Source: an uncultured Dyadobacter sp. (GTDB taxonomy: Bacteria; Bacteroidota; Bacteroidia; Cytophagales; Spirosomataceae). Taken from it: a DNA stretch of 45,695 nt. Positions 1 to 10,178 of this stretch are shown here, piece after piece. Both the position numbers and the translations under genes were made by a program. Numbering within the stretch: position 1 is the stretch's first letter; each line of letters starts with the position of its first letter. The DNA lies in assembly GCA_937880795.1 (NCBI GenBank), contig CALGRQ010000266.1:1-45695 (forward strand), given 5' to 3'. The notes under the pieces are model-generated. The model worked only from the letters and a program-made list of their open reading frames with translations, did not search any database and was not told where the DNA came from.

Positions 1-586
1 GCTCGTTGAGTTTCTCGTCTATAACACCCAACCATAACCGGCATTGAGGTATACGTTCCTGCAAGTAATTTACGCCTTCTGGACATCCTAATACAGCCGC
101 AATGTGCGTTTGTGCGGGCATCCCAAACCGAAGCAATGCATGATATGCCTTTTCTATTGATTTTCCCGTCGCCAACATCGGGTCTACCAGTATCAATGTT
201 TTTCCCGTCAGATCCGGACTCGTTATATAATCCATTTCAACCTCAAACACTTCTTCACTACTCACATCATGTCCTCGATAAGCGCCAATAAATGCATTAT
301 CTGCTTGGTCAAAAACATTTAAAAATCCCTGATGCATTGGCAAACCCGCTCTCAATACGGTAGAAAGAACAACAGGTTGCAGCAAGGATCTGGAAGGTGC
401 TACTCCAAGTGGTGTTTGTACCTTCTCGGTCCTATATGTCAAAGTTTTAGAAATTTCGTAAGCCAGCAACTCTCCGATGCGCTCGATATTTCTCCTGAAC
501 TTCATTCTATCTTTCTGTATATTAACGTCACGAAGTTCCGCGATATAATGATCTGCAATGGAAGGTTTTTGAGAAAGTAAAAACAT
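1..586 (-). CDS. upp: Uracil phosphoribosyltransferase (3' end runs off the window)
   Basis: Manual translation (absent from the ORF track): MFLLSQKPSIADHYIAELRD...FRRNIERIGELLAYE...VLRAGLPMHQG...LVDPMLATGKS...IDEKLNE. Contains the UPRTase PRPP-binding motif. Confidence 0.95.
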   Translation of the reverse strand, partial: MFLLSQKPSIADHYIAELRDVNIQKDRMKFRRNIERIGELLAYEISKTLTYRTEKVQTPLGVAPSRSLLQPVVLSTVLRAGLPMHQGFLNVFDQADNAFIGAYRGHDVSSEEVFEVEMDYITSPDLTGKTLILVDPMLATGKSIEKAYHALLRFGMPAQTHIAAVLGCPEGVNYLQERIPQCRLWLGVIDEKLNE

Positions 587-712
587 AAATTTGACAGTAT
601 TTTAGACTCCTGCATGCAAGATAATACAAATTCATTGACGTAATTTGAACCACTAATTCAAAAAGTTGACAGCACACGCCCGCGCAGTGAGAATAATAGA
701 ATTTTAAAACCT

Positions 713-2464
713 ATGAATCAACGATTTACAAAAATATTTAGATTCTTACTTATTCTTTTTATATCCGCATCCTCTGCGCAGGCCCAAAGCTCCTTTATTC
801 CCCTCAATGATGACTACTATCATCTGATAGATCGTCTCGAAATAAAAAGAGGAAAACTTACCGAAGGGTTTCATAGCGCTGTTAAGCCGTTTGAAAGAAA
901 GACCGTAGTTGCTCTAACCGACTCTATATTAAAAGAAGGTAATGTTCAGTTAACCGATCGTGACTGGGAGACAATTGATTATCTCCGTGAAGATAGCTGG
1001 GAATGGGCTGGAAACATGGCTGCCACAGATTCCGGACAATATAACCGACTGGCCCGACTTGGCTGGTTCAAATCTCCTCCAACCGGCCAAAAACGAAAAT
1101 TTTGGGAACATGCAGCCGATCTATACAGTGTTCATAACAAGGATTTTGACCTGCATTTCAATTTTGTCACCACCAATTTTTTAGGCAAAGATAACAATAC
1201 CAATAAAGCATTATGGTTTACCGGTAGAGGCGTGGAGCTACGCGGCATGATCAGCGACAAATTAGGATTCTATACGTTTGTGGCCGATAACCAAGGCATG
1301 TTTCCTAAATATGTAATGGATTTCCCCGTGCAATATACCTTCCCCGGCGAAGGACTTGCCAAAACCAGTGCCAGTAAAGGAACGATCGATTTTCTTACAG
1401 CCCGCGGATATATAACCTTTAAGCCGATCAAACAAATTAATGTAAAGTTTGGACACGATCATAACGTTTTTGGCAGTGGTTATCGATCGCTGATCCTCTC
1501 AGACAACAGCAGTCCTTACCTATTCCTAAGATTAGATACGCAATTGGGCCGCTTCAAGTATACCAATCTCTGGACCAGCATGATCAACAATGATGAAACT
1601 GCCTGGACCAGTGGGTTACGAGGGAAAAAATTCGCAGCTGTGCATCATTTGAGCGTAAACCTGACCGACAAAATAAATGTAGGTGTATTTGAAGCCGAAG
1701 TATTTAACCGCGACGCCGTCGGTGGTGGCTACGACCTCAATTACCTTAATCCTATTATTTTTTACAGATACGTTGAATCCTATATAGGTAGTGAGGATAA
1801 CGCCTTGCTTGGCTTTGATTTCCGCTGGCTGGTTGGTAAAAAAGGATCGATATATAGCCAATTTGTATTGGATGAATTTTTGACCAAATATCTTTTCAAT
1901 GGAAGTAAATCCTGGACCAACAAGTACAGTTTCCAGTTGGGAGGTAAATATGTGGACGCTTTCGGAATTCCAAATCTGGATTTGCAGGCAGAATTTAACC
2001 TGGTTCGACCATTCACCTATGCCCATAAAGACGGAGGCAGAAACTATGCGCATTATGGGCAGTCATTGGCACACCCATTAGGCGCTAATTTTAAAGAATT
2101 TGTGGGCATTGTACGCTACAAGCCTACATCCAGACTCTCACTATATGGAACGCTTATGCTAGCCAATAAAGGAAATGATCCTCAAAACATGAATTACGGA
2201 GGCGATATTCTAAAAAGCTATGAATTGCGTTCGGATATTCCCGGTCATGAACAAGGACTTGGCCATAAAATTGGACAAGGTATAATGACCAAAACCGTCT
2301 TTACTGATCTGCGACTGAGCTATTCTCTGGCACATAACCTATTTTTGGATGGTCGGTTTCTCATCCGTAATCTGAAATCTGACGACCCGGCATTGACTCA
2401 GAAATCGAACGTATTTTCTATTGCGGTGCGTTATAATATGGCTTACCGTCAGCAAACGTTCTGA
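713..2464 (+). CDS. Outer-membrane beta-barrel protein, RemB / capsule-assembly Wzi-like family
   Basis: Sec signal peptide (AQA-Q), aromatic alternating beta-strands and C-terminal Phe. Motifs GSGYRSLILSDNSSPY, YLNPIIFYRYVE and HPLGANF resemble Bacteroidota RemB/Wzi-like proteins. Confidence 0.6.
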   Translation: MNQRFTKIFRFLLILFISASSAQAQSSFIPLNDDYYHLIDRLEIKRGKLTEGFHSAVKPFERKTVVALTDSILKEGNVQLTDRDWETIDYLREDSWEWAGNMAATDSGQYNRLARLGWFKSPPTGQKRKFWEHAADLYSVHNKDFDLHFNFVTTNFLGKDNNTNKALWFTGRGVELRGMISDKLGFYTFVADNQGMFPKYVMDFPVQYTFPGEGLAKTSASKGTIDFLTARGYITFKPIKQINVKFGHDHNVFGSGYRSLILSDNSSPYLFLRLDTQLGRFKYTNLWTSMINNDETAWTSGLRGKKFAAVHHLSVNLTDKINVGVFEAEVFNRDAVGGGYDLNYLNPIIFYRYVESYIGSEDNALLGFDFRWLVGKKGSIYSQFVLDEFLTKYLFNGSKSWTNKYSFQLGGKYVDAFGIPNLDLQAEFNLVRPFTYAHKDGGRNYAHYGQSLAHPLGANFKEFVGIVRYKPTSRLSLYGTLMLANKGNDPQNMNYGGDILKSYELRSDIPGHEQGLGHKIGQGIMTKTVFTDLRLSYSLAHNLFLDGRFLIRNLKSDDPALTQKSNVFSIAVRYNMAYRQQTF

Positions 2465-2525
2465 TTGGCTTAAACCCCGTTTTTTCAATATAATCCATTT
2501 ATTGTCTCCGGACCCATTCATCACT

Positions 2526-3389
2526 ATGGAAACTAACCCACATCAACTTCGCGACCTCATTCGCCTCGCTTTGATTGAAGATATAGGAGATGGTGATCAT
2601 TCTTCCCTCTCTTCTGTCCCAGCCAACGCTACAAAACGTGCACATTTGCTTGTAAAGCAAGAGGGTATACTAGCGGGGGTTGAAGTAGCTCAGATCATTT
2701 TTCACGAAACTGCGGCTTTTTTCAATGAACCGGAGCTAAAAATCACTGTGTTACTTCAAGACGGCACGCCAGTCAAAAGAGGCGATATTGTATTAACAGC
2801 CGAAGGAAATGCAAGGTTAATATTGAAGTCGGAAAGGCTGGTACTCAACATCATGCAAAGAATGAGCGGCATTGCTACTTATGCCAACCAAATGGTGAAA
2901 TTGATCAGCGATTTACCTGTAAAACTACTCGACACAAGAAAGACTACACCCAACTTCCGCATTTTTGAAAAAATGGCGGTTGAAATTGGCGGCGCTGTAA
3001 ATCATAGAATGGGCCTTTATGACATGATCATGCTAAAAGACAACCATGTCGATTATGCAGGAGGAATTGAAAAAGCCATCACCAGTGCCAATACCTACCT
3101 AAAAGAAACGGGAAGGAAATTAAAAATTGAAATAGAAACGCGCAACCTCGAAGAAGTAAAAGAAGTGCTTCGGGTGGGTAATGTAGATATAATCATGTTG
3201 GATAATTTCTCCCTAGAAAATTTACGCGAAGCGGTCAAACTGATAGGAGGAAGATTTGAAACAGAAGCATCCGGTAATATTACAGAAAAAACTTTACGCG
3301 CCGTTGCCGAAACCGGTGTTGATGGCATTTCGAGCGGTGCACTTACGCACCAGGCGCGAAGTCTGGATTTAAGTTTAAAAGCTTTTTAA
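2526..3389 (+). CDS. nadC: Nicotinate-nucleotide diphosphorylase (quinolinate phosphoribosyltransferase)
   Basis: EDIGDGD, DTRKTTP, HRMGLYD, LKDNH, MLDNF and EASG motifs. Start moved to ATG 2526 (METNPH). Confidence 0.97.
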   Translation: METNPHQLRDLIRLALIEDIGDGDHSSLSSVPANATKRAHLLVKQEGILAGVEVAQIIFHETAAFFNEPELKITVLLQDGTPVKRGDIVLTAEGNARLILKSERLVLNIMQRMSGIATYANQMVKLISDLPVKLLDTRKTTPNFRIFEKMAVEIGGAVNHRMGLYDMIMLKDNHVDYAGGIEKAITSANTYLKETGRKLKIEIETRNLEEVKEVLRVGNVDIIMLDNFSLENLREAVKLIGGRFETEASGNITEKTLRAVAETGVDGISSGALTHQARSLDLSLKAF

Positions 3390-3401
3390 CCGTCGCAAAA
3401 A

Positions 3402-5531
3402 ATGAAACGTATGCTGACCATATCGACAACAGCATACGAAACTGGAATCATCTGGGGGAGACTGATCGTGCACTTTGCATGGTTAGTCTCCCTTCTTATT
3501 TCCTTTCCCTTTATTGCAAAAGGACAAACTCCTCCAAGACAGGAAATTGATATTAATTTGTTTATTCAAAACTTATTCCCGATACCAACAGAAGACTCCA
3601 ATTATGAAGATTTGTATGAGTCACTGCTGCAATTATATACTAATCCCCTGGATTTGAATACTGCAACACATGATGAACTTGCAGCAACCTTTATTTTATC
3701 CGACCAGCAAATCCAATCCCTATTAAAACATCGGACAGTCCTTGGTCCCTTTATATCACTTTATGAATTGCAATCTGTACCAGGTTTTGATTTACCCACC
3801 ATATACCGGCTTCTGCCTTTTGTCACGGTCGAAACCAAACAAATGTCGCTAACACAAACCCTTCAAAACCCATCACAGCATTTTCTTTTATGGCGAACGG
3901 GACGATTAATTGAACAACAAAAAGGATTTTCGGAGATTGATACTACGTCCCGATCAACGTCCCGCTATCTTGGCAGTTCGCAGTACAATTACATACGGTA
4001 CCGCAACGCCAGAACGGGCGTTTATAGCTTGGGACTAACATTGGAAAAAGATTCAGGAGAGAAATGGTGGAATTGGAAACCCGGGCGACAAGTGTTCGGA
4101 CCGGATTTTTCTTCCTTCCATGCCCAAATCATGAATCGCGGTAAATTAAAAAACCTCATTCTCGGAGATTTTCAAATGCAGGCTGGACAAGGTTTGGTCA
4201 TGGCTGCCGGTTTTTCACTGGGAAAAGGCTCAGAAGTGATCAGAACAACCTACCGAAGTACTTTGGGACTTCGCCCCTATACCTCGGTTCTAGAGGCCAA
4301 CTTTTTTCGGGGCATTGCAGCAACTTATAGTGTATCCAAACAAATTGAGGTAACAGCATATTATTCCAGAACCCGAAGAGATGCCAGTATGGATAACAAC
4401 ACCAATGAAAATACAATTTCGTCGCTCCTTCTTTCGGGCTATCACCGAACTGCTACCGAAAAACAAAAGCAGAACCTTATTCCCGAACAAAACATGGGCT
4501 TGCACGCGCTGTATAAATTCCCATCGCAAACCGGACAATTGGGCTTAACCTTTCTCAATACCCATTATGGATCGTATCTGCTAAAAAAGGATGTGCCTTA
4601 TAACCGTTTTGAATTTGAGGGCAAGCAAAATCTTACCATTGGTATACACGGAGACTATCGCTGGAAAAATTTTCATTTTTTTGGAGAAGGAGCAAGGTCT
4701 AAAAGTGGTGGAAAAGGTGGAATAGTCGGATTAATAGCCGGATTGGGCAAAACATTTGACTTCACGCTTCTCCTGAGGCATTATGATAAAAATTTCCACA
4801 CGTTTTATGGTAATTCTGTAAGTGAAGCCACACGCCCAATTAACGAATCGGGAACGTATTGGGGACTTCGATATAGCCCCAACCGCCGGTGGCAATTCAG
4901 TACCTACTACGATAGCTTTAAGTTTCCATGGCTCAAATTTCAAATCAATGCGCCTTCCGTCGGTCATGATTTTTACCTGCATGCGCTCTGGAAACCCAAT
5001 AAACGCTTTAACGCCTACGCGCTTTACCACGAAAAACACAAAGCCCATAACCTGACAGACAACACCATACCGATACCACCCGTGTTGGAAACAACCAGAA
5101 GGAATGCGTTAATCAACATCGAGTACGAAGTGCCTTTACGGTTTTCGATACGCACCCGACTCCAGGCCGGTGATTTTTCGTATGAAGGAAAAACTCCGTC
5201 GAGGGGATGGACGCTCATTCAGGACATTACCTGGAAATTTAGGAAACTGGACCTGAGTGCACGAGTCGCCTATTTTGATACGGATGATTACAATAGCAGG
5301 CAATATGTATATGAAAAAGATATGCTCTATGCATTCTCGTTACCAGCCTATTACGACCTCGGGACACGTCATTATTTAATGGTCCGATACAATCTAACTT
5401 CGCATATGAAGGTATGGCTGAGGTGGTCTCAAACCCGCTATTCCAAACTAGATACCATCAGCTCTGGATTGAGCGAAATAAAAGGAAACAAACGGAGTGA
5501 ATTGAAAATGCAGGTCATGTACCAATTTTGA
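3402..5531 (+). CDS. Exported helix-hairpin-helix (ComEA-like) domain protein with C-terminal beta-barrel
   Basis: Signal-like N-terminus (AKG-Q). ComEA-type HhH DLNTATHDEL...GPFISLYELQSVPGFD. Aromatic beta-rich C-terminal region ending YQF. Confidence 0.75.
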   Translation: MKRMLTISTTAYETGIIWGRLIVHFAWLVSLLISFPFIAKGQTPPRQEIDINLFIQNLFPIPTEDSNYEDLYESLLQLYTNPLDLNTATHDELAATFILSDQQIQSLLKHRTVLGPFISLYELQSVPGFDLPTIYRLLPFVTVETKQMSLTQTLQNPSQHFLLWRTGRLIEQQKGFSEIDTTSRSTSRYLGSSQYNYIRYRNARTGVYSLGLTLEKDSGEKWWNWKPGRQVFGPDFSSFHAQIMNRGKLKNLILGDFQMQAGQGLVMAAGFSLGKGSEVIRTTYRSTLGLRPYTSVLEANFFRGIAATYSVSKQIEVTAYYSRTRRDASMDNNTNENTISSLLLSGYHRTATEKQKQNLIPEQNMGLHALYKFPSQTGQLGLTFLNTHYGSYLLKKDVPYNRFEFEGKQNLTIGIHGDYRWKNFHFFGEGARSKSGGKGGIVGLIAGLGKTFDFTLLLRHYDKNFHTFYGNSVSEATRPINESGTYWGLRYSPNRRWQFSTYYDSFKFPWLKFQINAPSVGHDFYLHALWKPNKRFNAYALYHEKHKAHNLTDNTIPIPPVLETTRRNALINIEYEVPLRFSIRTRLQAGDFSYEGKTPSRGWTLIQDITWKFRKLDLSARVAYFDTDDYNSRQYVYEKDMLYAFSLPAYYDLGTRHYLMVRYNLTSHMKVWLRWSQTRYSKLDTISSGLSEIKGNKRSELKMQVMYQF

Positions 5532-5536
5532 ATCCG

Positions 5537-5544
5537 TACTTTTG
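5537..5544 (+). promoter_or_regulatory. Bacteroidota sigma70 -7 box upstream of recQ
   Basis: TACTTTTG matches TAnnTTTG, 16 nt before ATG 5561. Confidence 0.5.
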
Positions 5545-5560
5545 CAGTAAATTTTATTCC

Positions 5561-7708
5561 ATGAGCATTACCAAAGAGGACGTTTTAAAAAGATATTTCG
5601 GCTACGACAACTTTCGTCCGTTACAAGCGGAGATTATAGATACTGTTTTACAAAATCAGGATTGCTTGGTGCTGATGCCTACTGGTGGCGGTAAGTCTGT
5701 TTGTTTTCAAATACCTGCTATACTTAAAAATGGGCTGACGGTTGTTATCTCTCCATTGATCGCTTTGATGAAAGATCAGGTTGAAACCTTAAAAGGAAAT
5801 GGAATCAATGCAGCCTTTTTAAATTCTTCTTTGTCCTCTTCCGAGCAGGATCAGGTGATGTGGCAGGCTAAAATTGGAGAACTAAAATTACTATATATTG
5901 CTCCGGAGCGACTTTTTGCCGGAAATACTTTTGAGTACCTGCGTGAATGGAATGTCAGTTTGTTCGCCATTGACGAGTCTCATTGTATTTCTTCATGGGG
6001 ACATGATTTTCGTCCGGAATACCGGCAGCTCAGTAGCCTTAAACAACGTTTTCCAAACGTACCGGTTATAGCGCTCACTGCAACCGCTGACCGGGTTACG
6101 CGCCGTGATATATTAAAACAACTCGGAATTGAACAGGCTGAAACATTTGTATCCAGTTTCGACAGACCTAATTTAAATTTAAATGTATTGCCTGGAAGAA
6201 AGCGCATTCAACAAATTCAGAGTTTTCTGAAAAAGCATATAGGCCAGGCGGGAATTATATACTGTTTAAGCAGAAAGGGCACAGAAACCGTTGCCAAAAG
6301 TTTAGAAAATGCCGGTTTTAGCGTTGCGTTTTACCATGCCGGGCTACCTTCTGACGAGCGTTCCCTCGTTCAGGAACAATTTCTAAAAGATGATATTCAG
6401 ATTATTGTAGCTACGATAGCCTTCGGAATGGGGATTGATAAGTCCAACGTTCGGTGGGTAATCCACTACAACCTTCCCTCGAATGTTGAAAGCTTTTATC
6501 AGGAAATTGGTCGTGCCGGACGCGACGGTTCTCCTTCCGATACTGTACTTTTTTACAGTTATATGGACATTATTACGCGGCAAGATATGATCAACAATTC
6601 GGAGCAATCCGAAGAACAGAAAGAATTGCTTCACGCCAAACTGAATCGGATGAAACAGTACGCCGAAGCGGACATTTGCCGTCGGCGAATTTTACTCAGC
6701 TATTTTAACGAAGCCGTTGAACAGGATTGTGGTAACTGCGATGTGTGCCGAAACCCCCGAACCCGTTTTGATGCAACCGTTATTGCCCAAAAGGCACTTT
6801 CAGGCATTGCCCGTACGAATCAAAAAATTGCCATGAGTATGCTGATTGATATACTTCGGGGAAGCCGCAACCGGGCAATCATGCAGCATGGCTACGATCG
6901 TCTGCCCACCTTTGGTGTAGGCCACGATTTACGAGGTGAAGAATGGGCCGAATACATCGGTCAGCTCCTCAATTCTGGCGCCATGGATATCGCTTATGAT
7001 GAAGCGCATACGTTTAAACTGAATGCTTTCAGCCGACAAATTTTGAAAGGAGAACGAAAAGTTGAACTTGTTAAATTCATCCCAATTGCAGAACGGAAAG
7101 CTAAAGAAGAAGAACTCTCCTTCAGGGAAAAACCAAAGCAGGAAATTATACGCGATGAACTCTTCGAAAGGCTTCGTAGCCTAAGAAAGCAAATGGCAGA
7201 TGCTTTAAATGTTCCACCGTATGTAGTTTTTAGCGATGCCACACTGTCTGAGATGGCACAAAAACGGCCTATTACAGAAGCTCAGATGAAAGCAGTTTCA
7301 GGAATAGGAGCCGAAAAATACCGCAGATATGGACAAGCTTTTATCAATGAAATTGTGATGTTTGCCAAAGAAAACACGCAACCGGGAACACGGGTTGTGA
7401 ATGGCTTAACTTATCTCGAAACTTTTGAACTATATAAAGCCGGCTACTCCGTAAAGGTAATTGCTGAAAAACGAAACCTTCAATCTGTCACCATTCTGTC
7501 TCACCTAATCAAATTAAAAGAGGATGGTCACCCTATTGATCTAAAAGCACTCATTGATGATAAGTCGTATCAAACCATTACCCGCGCAGCCCAGGAAATC
7601 AGTATCCGAAAGAACGATACTTTGAAACCGCTATTCGAGCTACTCAATGAGGTATACGATTACGGACAAATTAAACTGGCATTGACAATTATGGAGGAGG
7701 AACTTTGA
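5561..7708 (+). CDS. recQ: ATP-dependent DNA helicase RecQ
   Basis: MPTGGGKS, DESHC, ALTATA and QEIGRAGRDG motifs, Zn-binding CRR...CGNCDVC, RQC, HRDC and C-terminal HTH. Likely start ATG 5561. Confidence 0.97.
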   Translation: MSITKEDVLKRYFGYDNFRPLQAEIIDTVLQNQDCLVLMPTGGGKSVCFQIPAILKNGLTVVISPLIALMKDQVETLKGNGINAAFLNSSLSSSEQDQVMWQAKIGELKLLYIAPERLFAGNTFEYLREWNVSLFAIDESHCISSWGHDFRPEYRQLSSLKQRFPNVPVIALTATADRVTRRDILKQLGIEQAETFVSSFDRPNLNLNVLPGRKRIQQIQSFLKKHIGQAGIIYCLSRKGTETVAKSLENAGFSVAFYHAGLPSDERSLVQEQFLKDDIQIIVATIAFGMGIDKSNVRWVIHYNLPSNVESFYQEIGRAGRDGSPSDTVLFYSYMDIITRQDMINNSEQSEEQKELLHAKLNRMKQYAEADICRRRILLSYFNEAVEQDCGNCDVCRNPRTRFDATVIAQKALSGIARTNQKIAMSMLIDILRGSRNRAIMQHGYDRLPTFGVGHDLRGEEWAEYIGQLLNSGAMDIAYDEAHTFKLNAFSRQILKGERKVELVKFIPIAERKAKEEELSFREKPKQEIIRDELFERLRSLRKQMADALNVPPYVVFSDATLSEMAQKRPITEAQMKAVSGIGAEKYRRYGQAFINEIVMFAKENTQPGTRVVNGLTYLETFELYKAGYSVKVIAEKRNLQSVTILSHLIKLKEDGHPIDLKALIDDKSYQTITRAAQEISIRKNDTLKPLFELLNEVYDYGQIKLALTIMEEEL

Positions 7709-7817
7709 AGCCATGCCCAATTCAGCACAGCTGACCAATTCAATTATCTTTAAATATTTTAATAAATTATTTTTATTTACATATTGACATTTATCCGTTC
7801 ACATAACCTGAAAACCA

Positions 7818-9527
7818 ATGTCAGTATCATCAACCGAGGTGTCCAACACTTTCGATGCCATCGTCATCGGTTCAGGTATAAGTGGAGGCTGGGCAGCCAA
7901 AGAGCTTTGTGAAAAAGGACTAAAAACGCTGGTTTTGGAACGAGGCCGAAACGTAGTGCATAATCAGGATTACCCAACTGCCCATATGGCCCCCTGGGAA
8001 TTTACCCATCGGGGACGCATGAGTAAAGCCTTTTTGGAAGAAAATCCGCTGATCAGTAAAGCAGCGGGCTTTGACGACAGCACAGACCATTTCTTTATTC
8101 AGGATAAAGACCATCCCTATATTCAAGAAAAACCATTCGACTGGATCCGCGGGTACCAGGTTGGGGGTAAATCGTTAACCTGGGGCCGGGCCTGCCAGCG
8201 TTGGAGCGATTTTGAATTCTCCGCTCCTCAGCGTTTCGGATATGGAATTGACTGGCCCATTCGCTATATAGATATTGCTCCGTGGTATTCTCATGTTGAA
8301 AAATTTATAGGTGTATGCGGTAATAAGGACGGTGTTGCATCCATGCCGGATGGAGAATTTCTGCGTCCTTTTGACTTAAACTGTGTAGAAACCGCGATTC
8401 AGAAAAGTATCCGGGAAAATTTTAAAGATCGACATCTTGTGGCGGCACGCTGGGCACATCTTACCGATCCGCAGGAAATACATATACTGCAAGGCCGTGG
8501 ACAATGTCAGGCCAGGAACTTGTGTATGCGTGGCTGCCCCTATGGTGGTTATTTTAGTTCCGTTTCCTCTACTCTTCCATGGGCCGAAAAAACAGGAAAC
8601 TTAACCATCAGACCTAATTCTGTTGTTCATTCAATCATATATGAGGACGAACAAGGCAAAGCTACAGGCGTGAAAGTGATCGACAGGGAAACGAAAAAAG
8701 AAACCATTTTCAGCGCCAAAATTATTTTTATGAACGCATCTGCTCTAAATAGTAACCTGGTATTGCTGAACTCTAAATCTGAACGATTTCCAAACGGACT
8801 TGGCAATGATAATGGATTGCTGGGAAAGTTTATTGGTTTTCATAATTACAGAGCATCCATAGGCGGCATTATGGATGGTTTTGAAGATCAATACTATGTT
8901 GGCAGAAATCCTTCTGAACCGATTCTCGCCAATTATCGTAACCTTCACAAACAAGATACAGATTATCTGGGTGGATTTACCACTTTTATGGGAGCACATC
9001 GTATGCGCGGTAAACAAGGCAGCTCACCAAGTTCTTTTGGCGCTGACTACAAAAAGAATATGTCGGTGCCGGGCGGTTGGCGCGTATATATGTATATGCA
9101 AGGAGAAACACTACCCAAAGAAACAAACTACGTCCAGCTGAGCACCACGCAAAAAGATCCATGGGGGATACCGTTACTAATAACCCATGTAGACTATGAC
9201 GAGAATGACGAAAAAATGATTAAAGATTTCCTCTCCCAAAGTCAGGAAATGCTCGAAAAAGCAGGTTGTAGGGATATAGAAACACATGATAGCCACCAAG
9301 CTCCCGGTCTGGACATTCATGAAATGGGAGGTGCAAGAATGGGACACGACCCCAAAACGTCTATCCTGAACGAATATAACCAGATCCACCATTGTAAAAA
9401 CGTATTGGTAACAGACGGAGCCTGCATGACTAGTACAGGCAATCAAAGCCCATCACTGCTATATATGGCCCTAACGGCCAGAGCCGTAAACTATGCCTGT
9501 AACGAAATTAAAAACGGAAATCTCTGA
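7818..9527 (+). CDS. GMC-family FAD oxidoreductase (sugar/glycoside dehydrogenase large subunit type)
   Basis: VIGSGISGG FAD motif, GYQVGGKSLTWG, CQARNLCMRGCP Fe-S motif, HEMGGARMG and GNQSPSLLYMAL. Confidence 0.9.
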   Translation: MSVSSTEVSNTFDAIVIGSGISGGWAAKELCEKGLKTLVLERGRNVVHNQDYPTAHMAPWEFTHRGRMSKAFLEENPLISKAAGFDDSTDHFFIQDKDHPYIQEKPFDWIRGYQVGGKSLTWGRACQRWSDFEFSAPQRFGYGIDWPIRYIDIAPWYSHVEKFIGVCGNKDGVASMPDGEFLRPFDLNCVETAIQKSIRENFKDRHLVAARWAHLTDPQEIHILQGRGQCQARNLCMRGCPYGGYFSSVSSTLPWAEKTGNLTIRPNSVVHSIIYEDEQGKATGVKVIDRETKKETIFSAKIIFMNASALNSNLVLLNSKSERFPNGLGNDNGLLGKFIGFHNYRASIGGIMDGFEDQYYVGRNPSEPILANYRNLHKQDTDYLGGFTTFMGAHRMRGKQGSSPSSFGADYKKNMSVPGGWRVYMYMQGETLPKETNYVQLSTTQKDPWGIPLLITHVDYDENDEKMIKDFLSQSQEMLEKAGCRDIETHDSHQAPGLDIHEMGGARMGHDPKTSILNEYNQIHHCKNVLVTDGACMTSTGNQSPSLLYMALTARAVNYACNEIKNGNL

Positions 9528-9613
9528 GTAGATAAATTATTTCTGATACTCCGTATTTTAAACAAATACCGGTAATATATTTACCATAGTAATCATATTC
9601 ATATTTAAATAAC

Positions 9614-10000
9614 ATGTCAAGACAAAACATCCTTTCTGGCTCACCCTGGGAAGACAAAATGGGATACTGCCGTGCTGTGCGCATTGGAAACATTGTAGAA
9701 GTTGCAGGAACTGTGGCTATCGTAGATGGAGAAAAAGTAAAGGCGGATGATGCCTACGCACAAACCCATAATATCATTGAACGCATTGCGAAAGTTCTCG
9801 AAGATGCAGGAGCAAGCCTAAACGACGTTATACGTACCCGGATTTTCACGACGAACTTGTCTAACTTTGACGATATAGCCCGCGCACACGGTGAATTCTT
9901 CAAGGATATAAAACCAACAACCGGTATCTATGAAATCAACGGACTGGTTTCTCCGGATTACCTCGTTGAAATAGAATTTACAGCAGTTCTAGCTTCCTAG
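9614..10000 (+). CDS. RidA/YjgF family protein
   Basis: SGSPWE...GYCRAVRIG...AGT and LVEIE motifs, 128 aa. Confidence 0.9.
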   Translation: MSRQNILSGSPWEDKMGYCRAVRIGNIVEVAGTVAIVDGEKVKADDAYAQTHNIIERIAKVLEDAGASLNDVIRTRIFTTNLSNFDDIARAHGEFFKDIKPTTGIYEINGLVSPDYLVEIEFTAVLAS

Positions 10001-10094
10001 TTTTAGAGGTCCGTTATGAACATTATGTTCACACAGTCAACGACTCTCAAATTGATTAATCAATCAAAAAAACTACTTTTTCTAAAATTCGCAG

Positions 10095-10102
10095 TAAATT
10101 TG
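10095..10102 (+). promoter_or_regulatory. Sigma70 -7 box upstream of asd
   Basis: TAAATTTG matches TAnnTTTG. Confidence 0.5.
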
Positions 10103-10178
10103 GGGCTGTTTTCAAGGTTTATCCTTAGAAACAGCAAGCATAACTTTAGTTTATAATTCATTTAATCTTAATGCTAGA

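Noticed and set aside
332-580. 82-aa plus-strand ORF
   Set aside because: Antisense shadow of upp, which occupies 1-586 on the minus strand.
2421-2525. N-terminal extensions in the ORF track for nadC (also recQ, GHL10, hpt, glyA, serS)
   Set aside because: They are non-homologous extensions from upstream alternative starts that overlap neighbouring genes or promoter boxes. Downstream ATGs fit family lengths.
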